Notes under the pieces: model-generated
The model's database searches: none
What the model saw: the letters and a program-made list of their open reading frames with translations, nothing else
Told to the model about the DNA's origin: nothing
Position numbers and translations under genes: made by a program
Assembly (NCBI GenBank): GCA_964035575.1
Contig: OZ037839.1
Coordinates: 620,001-684,000, forward strand
Origin: Rhynchopus sp. YZ270_cl-10
Lineage: Eukaryota
Direction: 5' to 3'
DNA length: 64,000 bases
Shown: piece by piece, positions 11,871 through 20,910 of the stretch
How positions within the stretch are numbered: position 1 is the stretch's first letter
Layout: each line of letters begins with the position of its first letter

Positions 11871-13223
11871 CTAACCCTCCAAATGCCCTTGCTTGTCATG
11901 CTCCTGTTTGTCCAGTTCCTGCTTGTCCTCGTCCTCTTGTGCTTGCATCAAACCTTCTCCTTCTTGTCCTGCTTTCAATGCAATACATTGTCTTGCATCT
12001 CCAGACACGTCTGTTCGTACCAGATCTTCTGTCCGCACACCTCCGAACTGTTCCGTAAACCTTGCGTAAATGTCACGCACACATGCATCGAAGGTCTTCG
12101 TGACGCCAAAGCCATGGTTCTTTTGGGCTTCATTCGGGAGAGACATCTCGTGAATGTCGATGTTGCCTGGCAAGACGACTGTTGTGAGTGCGTTGCAGTT
12201 ACCCAGGAAGTAGGGCTCGATCTCTGTGTCACTGGCAATACCTGACATGTCCAGCGTGGTCAAGGATGTGCAATCTTGTAGGAAATTCATACCAATGCTC
12301 TTAACATTGATCAGTCCTGATAAGTCTGCTGTTGTCAACGCGGAGCACTCTTGCATCCAGCTGTCCTCAATTTCGGTCACATTGGTCATCCCTGAAAAGC
12401 TGATGGTGGTCAACGACGTGCAGTAGGTAAGAAAGCAGCAGCCGATCCTCGTGACACTGCAAAAAGCTGATAAATCAATGGTTGCCAACGAGGTGCAATA
12501 CGAGAGGAAGTTGTGCTCAATGTGCGTGACTCTGCGCCATCCTGAGATGTCAATCCTTTTCAGCGACTTGCAGCGGTGGAGGAAGTAGTCACCAACCGTC
12601 GTCACACTCGTCATCGCGGATAAGTCAAGCTCTGTGACGCCACTTTCTTTGAGGAACGAGTTCCCTATCACCGTCACACCAGTGAACCCTGACACGTCAA
12701 GGCTCGTCAACGATTTGCAACTAGAGAGAAAGAGTCCCTTGATGTGCGTAACGTTGCACAATCCCGACAAGTCAACGGTTTCCACCGACGCACACTCGAA
12801 GAGGAATCCACGCTCAATTCGCGTCACCCCAGACACAGCAGAGAGATCAAGTCTCGTAAACGATGCTTCCGACAAGAACCGGTTCGGGATAACAGTCGCA
12901 ACCTCCGCCTGAAGAAGCAGAGAAGCCACCTCAGGATCCTTCACAGTCGACAACCTCGCTTCGGAAATGTCTGTCTCACCCAAGGCACGAAGTGCCTCAA
13001 GAGATTGGTACTTCGTCGACTTCGTCAACACGACTGTGTCTCCAGCACTCAGTTCTGTGATGTCCTCTCCTTCCTCCTTCCCTCCGAAGCCCATGTGGAA
13101 GCTGTCTTCGCACAACCCTGTTGCAGTCGCCACCTTCTGCCGCATCGTCTCCGTTGTGTCATCCTCACCCACCTCAATCACGAATTTGGTGTCATCATCA
13201 TATCCCTGCACACACAGTTCCAT
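11871..13223 (-). CDS. Ubiquitin-like domain + LRR protein (copy 3, longer LRR plus C-terminal extension)
   Basis: UBL N-terminus nearly identical to copy 2, followed by about 10 divergent 25-aa LRRs. Confidence 0.85.
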   Translation of the reverse strand: MELCVQGYDDDTKFVIEVGEDDTTETMRQKVATATGLCEDSFHMGFGGKEEGEDITELSAGDTVVLTKSTKYQSLEALRALGETDISEARLSTVKDPEVASLLLQAEVATVIPNRFLSEASFTRLDLSAVSGVTRIERGFLFECASVETVDLSGLCNVTHIKGLFLSSCKSLTSLDVSGFTGVTVIGNSFLKESGVTELDLSAMTSVTTVGDYFLHRCKSLKRIDISGWRRVTHIEHNFLSYCTSLATIDLSAFCSVTRIGCCFLTYCTSLTTISFSGMTNVTEIEDSWMQECSALTTADLSGLINVKSIGMNFLQDCTSLTTLDMSGIASDTEIEPYFLGNCNALTTVVLPGNIDIHEMSLPNEAQKNHGFGVTKTFDACVRDIYARFTEQFGGVRTEDLVRTDVSGDARQCIALKAGQEGEGLMQAQEDEDKQELDKQEHDKQGHLEG

Positions 13224-14076
13224 TGTTTCGAGTGAAGTGTTGCTCTGTTGTGGGGTGGTGTTGAGAAGGAGGAGGAGGGAGGCAAGATACAACAAAATAG
13301 CTTTCTTATTTGCCTTTCAAGAGGCAGCGACATTGCAGTTGTGTCAACACGTTTGTCCTGGCGCAAAAGAAGGCAAGAATGCAGAAAAGGATAAGCTCAT
13401 ATCGGCAGACCACAACTCGCTTCGCAAGGAAGAAAAGAAATGAGAATTTGAAACGTCGTGCACACACATCTTTACCACCATCGTTATCGCGCTGGAACAC
13501 GTTGTGTTTGAAGATAGGCTGTCTGTCTATCACAAACGTGCTTTTCATGGAATCAGTGTTTTATTTCCCACCCCAACAACAACGATAAAGCGTGAAGACA
13601 ATAGATAAAAGCAAATAAGTAATTTTTAGGTTTTGTGAGGCACTCAACGAAGTATGCCGGCTCTGTGGCGTCACGGAGCCACCAACACTCCCCAGTCATT
13701 TTTCCTGCGCATCCAGGAAAACTCGCAGTATGCGACCAGGAAACGAAAAGATTTTTCTTCACAGTAACAAAGTGTGAGGAAGAAGAAAAGAAAGCGAATA
13801 AAAACGAAAAAACAGTGTTTTTCTGAATGTGATGTTGTTGTTGGGGTGAGGAGAATAAAACAGTTCCAAGAAAAGCTCCTGCGTCGGTTTTCTTTTGGTT
13901 AAAAAAAATCATCCGAGAACCGGATTGTATGCTTACATCAGTCTCATGCAAACCTGCTAAGACTTATCCAGATTTGGAATGTTCTTATGGATCGGATCAC
14001 CTGCGCCTGCTTTGCCCCAACCTTCGTGCAGCAGTAGCAGTGTTCGTGGTGACCGAGGCGCTGTCTCATCGGCATA

Positions 14077-14544
14077 TTATGCTTCTGCACACCCTTCCCC
14101 TTTTTTTTTCGCCTTCTCCATCACTGTGTCGTCATACTCATCAGCAACAAACGCAGGGATTGTGTGCCCCGATGCAATCAGAAGCGCGACGGCGTCACGC
14201 CTGACTGAAGGGTGGATCCGATCTGTTGCGGGGCGGGGAAGAAGCTTGAGGACGATGCCGGGTGCTGGGAGGACCACGTCTCGCACGAAGGCCTCATCGT
14301 CAAAGAGCTGCGATGGGAAGAAACGTACGATGCGTCTCCTCCGTTGGGCAAGCTTCTGCAGCAACACCTTGTCCCGACGCAACGCTGGGCTGAGACAGCG
14401 GTACACCTCACGTGGCGACACATCCTTGCAGTTTGCGATCCGCACTGCGGGGCTCAGTGCAGAAACAGTCATGAGTCCTGTGTGATGCAGCGTTCGCATG
14501 GGGTAAAAGCTGCAGTGTGAAAGGGCTCCCATATACAGCTTCAT
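14077..14544 (-). CDS. 155-aa hypothetical protein, possibly DUF4116-like (copy 1 of 3)
   Basis: Intact in three near-identical copies. YRCLSPALRRDKVLLQKL...RFFPSQLFDDEAFVRDVV resembles the DUF4116 repeat pattern. Confidence 0.5.
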   Translation of the reverse strand: MKLYMGALSHCSFYPMRTLHHTGLMTVSALSPAVRIANCKDVSPREVYRCLSPALRRDKVLLQKLAQRRRRIVRFFPSQLFDDEAFVRDVVLPAPGIVLKLLPRPATDRIHPSVRRDAVALLIASGHTIPAFVADEYDDTVMEKAKKKGEGCAEA

Positions 14545-14883
14545 GGAAAGAAGTTCACGAAACGAACGTAAGCCTCTCGTGCGTGGTCACATTGAAAAAG
14601 TGAAACAAAGTGAAATACCCCCCATTCTCTATTTTGCTGTCGTCCTGCTCTTTGTTCATCGTATCCATCCTCTTTGAAACCCCAAAAGACCCGAAAAACC
14701 CTGGAAACCCCATATTGAAAAACCTACTGTGAGGAAGAACTGAGAGTCTCATTACAAGGGTGGAGTGAAATGAACCGGTGGCAAGGTGAAGGCCATCCAT
14801 TTGTGTTGCAACCTCCACCACCCGCCCAAACACACCCAATAATCCTAACACCCCAATTCCCACTCCCGCTTTCTTTACTGGCC

Positions 14884-15835
14884 CTAAAAACCAACGTCAC
14901 CTAGTCTGCTGCGTACAACGTTGCTACACTTGTCCATTCCGTCTACTTTCGACAACCTTTTGCAGTTGTAGAGAAACCTACCACCAATCGTGGTGACTGC
15001 TTGCAGGCCGGTGAAGTCCACTTCCGACAACGATGTGCAGTTGTAGAGAAACCCCTCACCAATCGTGGTGACTGCTTGCAGGCCGGTGAAGTCTACTTCC
15101 GACAACGATGTGCACTCGGAGAGAAAATCATCACCAATCGTGGTGACTTCTTGCAGGCCGGTGAAGTCCACTTCCGACAACGATGTGCAGTTGTAGAGAA
15201 ACCCCTCACCAATCGTGGTGACTGCTTGCAGGCCGGTGAGTTCCACTTCCGACACCACCATCAGCTTTTCAGGGATGACCAATGTGACGGATATTGAAGA
15301 CAGCTTTTGTGCGGACTGCAACATTTCGCAGTTGTAGAGAAAATAATCACCAATCGTGGTGACTGCTTGCAGGCCGGAGAAGTCCACTTCCGACAACGAT
15401 GTGCAGTTGTAGAGAAACCCCTCACCAATCGTGGTGACTGCTTGCAGGCCGGTGAAGTCCACTTCCGACAACGATGTGCAGTTGTAGAGAAACCCCTCAC
15501 CAATCGTGGTGACTGCTTGCAGGCCGGTGAAGTCCACTTTCAACAACGTGCTGTTGGAGAGAAACTTGTCACCAATCGTGGTGACGCAGGGTAATGCAGG
15601 CAGGTGCAGTGTGATGCCACAGTTGTCCTCCACATTGGGTACGCAACTGAAACCAATGCGCGTTACGTCACTACGTGAGAAGAACTCTTCTGGAATCTCA
15701 GTCGCAACTTCTGCCTGAAGAAGCAAGCTGGCCACCTTCGGATCGTCCACCTGCTGCAACCTTTCTGCTGTGATGTTTGTCTCACCCAATGCATGAAGAG
15801 CTGATATGGCTTCGTACTTCATCGTTTTCGTCAAC
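14884..15835 (-). pseudogene. 3' (linker + LRR) half of the UBL-LRR gene interrupted by the retrotransposon
   Basis: Begins LTKTMK-YEAISALHALGE, i.e. continues the 5' half at 24845-25056. It has 8 LRR units and is near-identical to copies at 26372, 30812 and 48644. Confidence 0.9.
15817..15835. repeat. Target-site duplication, copy 1 (cttcatcgttttcgtcaac)
   Basis: An identical 19-mer lies at 24844-24862; the intact paralog (~49439-49457) has a single copy. Confidence 0.95.
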
Positions 15836-15905
15836 CGTGGGGGCCCGTTTTCGATGCATGCACCCCTATCCGAGATAGGTGATACAATACATCGTGGAGG
15901 TGATG

Positions 15906-18900
15906 TTACATAAGTCCATCACCGCCCCTGCTGTGCCCATCCTTCTGCTTCGTCTGCTTCTTCTTGAAGAAGCCTCCCAGCGTCGTCTGTCGCCCCTTCG
16001 AGGTGTCGTGGTGGCGGCGGCAGCAGTGATCCAGCGTACTCTTCTCTTGCACACAGTTCCCGCACCTCGAGAGTCTATGCTTAGTGCATGCTTCGTGTCG
16101 GATCGGTAACCCGTCGTCGTTGGAGTGGTGCGCAAAGCAGCAATGCATCAGGTCTGCCTGGGCGTTCTTCGAGCAGGCATCACACTTCGTCTTCCGGTGC
16201 AGCACACATATCGCAAACTGGAAGATCGGAACCGCTCCTTCAGGTGCCTTCACGGGTGCGTCCCCTGGACGCACGTGCTCATGGTGCCGGTAGCGAGCAT
16301 GCGCAGATGTCTCCTGTTCAGCCCGCTGGATGAATGGTAGTGCCCTCCTGCCCCTAACTTCTGTGGAGGGGTACGCCGTCTCAGCAGAATACTCCCCCAT
16401 CCATGTACCTCTCGCTCTATCGCCACCACGGAGCTCCGCCTCAGACATGCCTTCGGAGCTGCGTTGCAGACGGTACGCCACACCAGCATCGTATAGCGCA
16501 CGCAATGCCTTCAACGTTTCTTCTCCGCCGGCAAAGATAGGACGGCGGTCGATGCCTGTGATGGCGTTCGCCCCAAACGAAGCGAGAACATGCGTTACCT
16601 TCACCTTCCCCGGATGGAGAGAGCTCTCCGAAAAGGTTCTGAGTGAAGCCAACATATGCCCAAAGGTGGTCGTCTTCGCCATTTCTCTGTGGACCAGCGC
16701 TACTGGCACCACGTCGTCATCATCGTCGTCTTCCTCACTCCCGTCGTCTTCCCCCCCATTGTTGACTTCTTCCCCAGTCCCATCCCTCGGCTGCTTCAGC
16801 TTCGGCGCTATTCTGCCGGTCTTGTCCCCAGGTCGGATGTCCATCCCTGTGGCAACCTCGAAGTCGATGAGCAGCTCCATGTGGGAGACTTCACGTCCAG
16901 CTTCGTCGCTCCATTGTAAACCACCCAGCCAGGAGGCAAACGCCAGCAGCAGCGCACGTCCATACGGCCACCTCCTTTTCAGGGGGGTGTAGTCCACCAA
17001 ACTGTTCGCGTGTTGCGTCGTCGTGTCCAACTCCGGCGCCCACGTCCACGGGTATCGGTCTTCTTGCAGTCGCGGGTTCGCCGCTTCCGGTCTGCTCCAC
17101 TTGGAGCGTGCGATGAGGATGCGCACCATCATCTTCTGCAGGTCTGCAACACGGGCGCATTCCAAAGGTGTGTCCGGTGTGCACATGCCGCAGATAGCGA
17201 GACAGTTTGGCCAGGTCGTTCTGTCAATGTCCAACAGCAAGGGGTACTCCGCACGAATGCTACTCCATGCTTCACATTCCCACCACAAGTGTTTGTGATT
17301 TTCGTCCACCCCCGCTTCGCAGTGCACGCAGATGGCCGAGTCCCGTATGCGCGCTCTCGCAAGTCGCACCCCCGTTATCGCACCGTCAGCTACAATGTGT
17401 CGCAGCGTCCCCGCCTCGTAATCCGTCAAAGTTTTGCTTCGGGTGAGAGCAAGGGTTTTCTCCTTATCCACCCCCGCTTCAATACCCTTCAGGTTAGCTC
17501 TGCCTTTGCCATTGGCCTTCGCAGTCGTCTTCGTACGGGAGAGTCGAATGAAGAACATCCGTTCTCGCACAACGTGGCCCAGTCTGCCCAAGCTTACTGT
17601 CTTCACATCAACGATGCTCCCATCGTGCGTTTTCACTTTTGTCGTGTCTATCCATGACCACGCAAGGCGGCTGAGGGCTCGCGCAATCAACCCGATGGGT
17701 CCTCCAGTCTTCGCCTGCTTCGCTTTCGCACGTGACCTGCACTTTTCGACCAGCAAACAGATCTCATCCGATTTGCGTATCATCGCCGCCCACGTCATGA
17801 TCCTTCTGTAGTCGAATGCCACCGAGGGGTCGAGCAGATGGCCTTTCTCGAAGACATTCAGCATGACCGGTACGCTTCTTCGGTTCATCTTGTTCACGCC
17901 GTGGACCCCTTTCTCCACTGCAGTTGCAAGACTGTTCACGTATTTCCCAGGTGGGTCCTGCACCGTGATACCGTACACAGATTTCGACATCACTGCAGCC
18001 TGCATGATGCCTGCTTTCTCACCTTGAGTCAGCGGGAGGCATCCCACCTTACCTGCTAGCGGTCCGCATGCGTCGATGGTGTCTTCCAGCTTCGTCGGGA
18101 GCGTGGGCGTCCCAGCCTGTCGGGCCTGCACCGTCGCCCCCAGGCACTCCGACTTCTCGACGCGAGTAAGATCCGCGCCGTTCATCTGCACAGTTTCCTC
18201 TTCATCAGGACGGTTGCTCTGCCACGTGCTCTTCCCCGCGTGGACGCGTTGTCCCGTCAAGTCTGCAAAGTGTCCGGTGAAGGCGACACCCGCTCGCAGC
18301 TGGTCGAGGGTCTTCGTCAGGAGGTTGGTGTCGTCAGCATACGCCAGCCCCTGCGTGCCCGTTTCCTTCTCCACCCCGTTCATCCACACCGCCACCAGCG
18401 CATTCAGGAAGATTACGCTCAGTGGGCATCCTTGGAGGATACCATTCGTCGCAAACCATTCTTTGCCAAGACCTGCCGGAAGTTTGAAACGCCTCCCCAG
18501 CTTCTTGTATATACCCCGGATGGGGCGCATCATGTTGTCGGGAAGACCCAACCGTTCGACGAGCTGGAACATGATCTCTTGGGGAACACGGTCAAAGCAC
18601 TTCTGATAGTCGAAGGAGGCTAGATAGATAGGTGTGTCGTCTATCAGAGCCTCCTCCATCTTCGCACAGAGAAACCACAGCAGGTCTTCGGTTCCGTGTT
18701 TGTTCCGGAAGCCGTGTTGCCGCTCGTGAATCCAGGATTCCTGCCACGTCGCCACTTTGCGGAGTCGAGTCGCCGCCCATAACCTGTACATCACACTGGT
18801 GATGGTAATGGGTCGCTGCTTCAGGGGCTCCTCGCCTTCTCCTTTGGGGATGAGCACCACCAACGCCCTCGCAATCACCCTGGGCCAGTTCCCAGTATCC

Positions 18901-19397
18901 TCGATCAGGTTCAGGCAGCGCGCGAGTTCCTCCAGCAGTGTCAAAGGCAGTTCCTTCAGCTCCTCCACCCTCCACCCATCGAGGCCTGCCGCCTTTTTCC
19001 GCTTCATCTTGCCGATGGTCGTACGGAGGTCTTCGGCGGTCAGGGGTTCGCATACACAAGGGGCCCCTTCAGGAATGTGTTCCTTGAACCTATCAAAGAA
19101 CGTCGTCCACGCAGGTTCTTCGGAATCGTCGTACATCCGGAACACCCCACCCCAAGCACGGTCATCCATGAGCAGTTCATCCATCTCCTGGAGGTTAGCT
19201 GTAACCGTGCCGTCCTCCCGTTTCAGGAACGTGGTGTGTGACGACGTAGCCTTCCGCAGGAACGAGAACACCTTCGCTGGGTTCACCTTCATGTGTTCCT
19301 TCATTGTGCGGCGCCATTCCTTGATGCGGGCCCGACGCCGTTGCTCCAGCAGGACAAAACCCCTCTTCTTCAAGCAGCCAAGGCCCACACAACGCCT
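15906..19397 (-). CDS. ORF2 C-terminal part: reverse transcriptase, zf-RVT-like finger, tandem Cys/His module, PIP box (frameshifted relative to APE)
   Basis: Motifs KAAGLDGW, RPITIT, QHGFR, FDYQKCFDRV, GILQGCPLS, YADD and CVHC..ENHKHLWWEC, with C-terminal QTTLGGFF. Confidence 0.93.
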   Translation of the reverse strand, partial: RRCVGLGCLKKRGFVLLEQRRRARIKEWRRTMKEHMKVNPAKVFSFLRKATSSHTTFLKREDGTVTANLQEMDELLMDDRAWGGVFRMYDDSEEPAWTTFFDRFKEHIPEGAPCVCEPLTAEDLRTTIGKMKRKKAAGLDGWRVEELKELPLTLLEELARCLNLIEDTGNWPRVIARALVVLIPKGEGEEPLKQRPITITSVMYRLWAATRLRKVATWQESWIHERQHGFRNKHGTEDLLWFLCAKMEEALIDDTPIYLASFDYQKCFDRVPQEIMFQLVERLGLPDNMMRPIRGIYKKLGRRFKLPAGLGKEWFATNGILQGCPLSVIFLNALVAVWMNGVEKETGTQGLAYADDTNLLTKTLDQLRAGVAFTGHFADLTGQRVHAGKSTWQSNRPDEEETVQMNGADLTRVEKSECLGATVQARQAGTPTLPTKLEDTIDACGPLAGKVGCLPLTQGEKAGIMQAAVMSKSVYGITVQDPPGKYVNSLATAVEKGVHGVNKMNRRSVPVMLNVFEKGHLLDPSVAFDYRRIMTWAAMIRKSDEICLLVEKCRSRAKAKQAKTGGPIGLIARALSRLAWSWIDTTKVKTHDGSIVDVKTVSLGRLGHVVRERMFFIRLSRTKTTAKANGKGRANLKGIEAGVDKEKTLALTRSKTLTDYEAGTLRHIVADGAITGVRLARARIRDSAICVHCEAGVDENHKHLWWECEAWSSIRAEYPLLLDIDRTTWPNCLAICGMCTPDTPLECARVADLQKMMVRILIARSKWSRPEAANPRLQEDRYPWTWAPELDTTTQHANSLVDYTPLKRRWPYGRALLLAFASWLGGLQWSDEAGREVSHMELLIDFEVATGMDIRPGDKTGRIAPKLKQPRDGTGEEVNNGGEDDGSEEDDDDDDVVPVALVHREMAKTTTFGHMLASLRTFSESSLHPGKVKVTHVLASFGANAITGIDRRPIFAGGEETLKALRALYDAGVAYRLQRSSEGMSEAELRGGDRARGTWMGEYSAETAYPSTEVRGRRALPFIQRAEQETSAHARYRHHEHVRPGDAPVKAPEGAVPIFQFAICVLHRKTKCDACSKNAQADLMHCCFAHHSNDDGLPIRHEACTKHRLSRCGNCVQEKSTLDHCCRRHHDTSKGRQTTLGGFFKKKQTKQKDGHSRGGDGLM

Positions 19398-20910
19398 CTA
19401 TCCCAGGAAGGTCGAGGTCCCAGGTGTCACTCTTCAGTAGATGCTTCTTCTTGCGGATTTTCGCCCACAGCTGCCGTTCGTTCAACGATTCTGCAGATGG
19501 CTGACCGAAGCGCTTCCTCCGATCACCAATGAGCTGCTCCATCTGACGACATGTCTTCTGCAGTTGAGCCGTCTCCAGGTTCACAGCATCCGGCGTGTCG
19601 CAGTCCATGCGGGCCGTCCGATGTCGGAGAACGTCGGGTTGCACCTCCCCTCTCCCCCTGTGGCGTTGTTGCTTCGGGTCTGAGTCTGCAGCACCTCTCT
19701 TCAGCAGGTAGTCCTCCGCAATCTTGCAGAAGCGTGCCCAGCGATCTTCAACCGACATCTTCGTCAGGTCGGCTTCAGGGGCAGCGTTCTCCTGCATCAC
19801 CTTCGCTGCAAGCTCCTTCTCCTTCTTCGCCGGCCATTTCGTCCAGTCGTCGCCGATCAAAGAAAGGGGAGGGCGTGCCTGCGGTGCCTTCTGCTCGTAT
19901 CGCGTCAGGTCTAACGTCAACACCACCGGTCTGTGTACCGGGAGGCAGCTCTCTTTCCAGACCACCACTTTGGAGATCGCAGGGGCAGCCACGTGGTTCG
20001 CCAGCACCAAGTCGATACGTCTGCCAGACGATGTGGAGGTATAGCATGTGTTCTCTGCTGCCTTACCCAACTGCTGTGCGTAGGTATCTGCCGCATCAAC
20101 CCATTTGCCGGAGGAGATGGCCGCTCGAATGGCTAGACTTTCGTTAGCCTCTACGTTGAAGTCTCCGGCAATGAACACCGGTATGTCCCCAAGGCTGGCT
20201 GCTTCTTCAAAGATGCCTGTCAGGAGTTGCTCCGTGCGGTCGCTGTCAGCACACACACCATAAAACGAGAACACAGAGATGTTACGTCCCCCGCTCCCAT
20301 ATGCCACCTGCGCATGCGTAAAGCGGCATTCGTTCCACGCTTGTTGGGCACATTGTGGCGGTACTGCTCTGGTCGGTATGTCAGCGCACGTCATGATCGC
20401 AACTCCACCATTCTGCGTGCGCGTGCGCAGAGGGTCTGATCCCTGGCTTCGTCTGCAAGGGGCACCAAAGAGAAGCTGCTTGGCACCATACCCCTTCACG
20501 TCGTTTGCTGCCCCCTTCATCTCTTCTTCTGTGAGGCGCACCTCCTGCAGAGCACAAACGTCCACATCCCACTCCCCCACCGCAGGGTGTGCCCTCAGAG
20601 ACGTCACGTTTGCCGTGCCAAGCGACATGGTCGACGGACCCGGATGCTCCTCCACGTCTCCACATGTCAGCAGTGACCCCCTGCCCAAAAACGCCCCTCG
20701 TCGCCTCCCTCGACGCACCCTGTGTCCGACCCCTCGCCCCACCCCCCTTCGCGTTCTACCCTTACCCCTTGTCCCCGACAGCATACAGCCCGCAGAGCGC
20801 AAACGATGCTGACCCCTTGTTGGGGAGACAGTTTTCACAAAAACGTCTCGTTCTCCAACTACGCACGAAGAAGCCAATCCTGTGCCGTACCCTTCCACCG
20901 CACCACACCG
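19195..20910 (-). CDS. ORF2 N-terminal part: linker, 2A-like peptide and apurinic endonuclease (APE) domain
   Basis: GRGSLLTCGDVEEHPGP followed by TANVTSL, ALQEVRL, IAGDFNV, RRIDLVL and PVHRPV. The frame opens immediately after the ORF1 stop. Confidence 0.88.
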   Translation of the reverse strand, partial: RCGAVEGYGTGLASSCVVGERDVFVKTVSPTRGQHRLRSAGCMLSGTRGKGRTRRGVGRGVGHRVRRGRRRGAFLGRGSLLTCGDVEEHPGPSTMSLGTANVTSLRAHPAVGEWDVDVCALQEVRLTEEEMKGAANDVKGYGAKQLLFGAPCRRSQGSDPLRTRTQNGGVAIMTCADIPTRAVPPQCAQQAWNECRFTHAQVAYGSGGRNISVFSFYGVCADSDRTEQLLTGIFEEAASLGDIPVFIAGDFNVEANESLAIRAAISSGKWVDAADTYAQQLGKAAENTCYTSTSSGRRIDLVLANHVAAPAISKVVVWKESCLPVHRPVVLTLDLTRYEQKAPQARPPLSLIGDDWTKWPAKKEKELAAKVMQENAAPEADLTKMSVEDRWARFCKIAEDYLLKRGAADSDPKQQRHRGRGEVQPDVLRHRTARMDCDTPDAVNLETAQLQKTCRQMEQLIGDRRKRFGQPSAESLNERQLWAKIRKKKHLLKSDTWDLDLPGIEALCGPWLLEEEGFCPAGATASGPHQGMAPHNEGTHEGEPSEGVLVPAEGYVVTHHVPETGGRHGYS

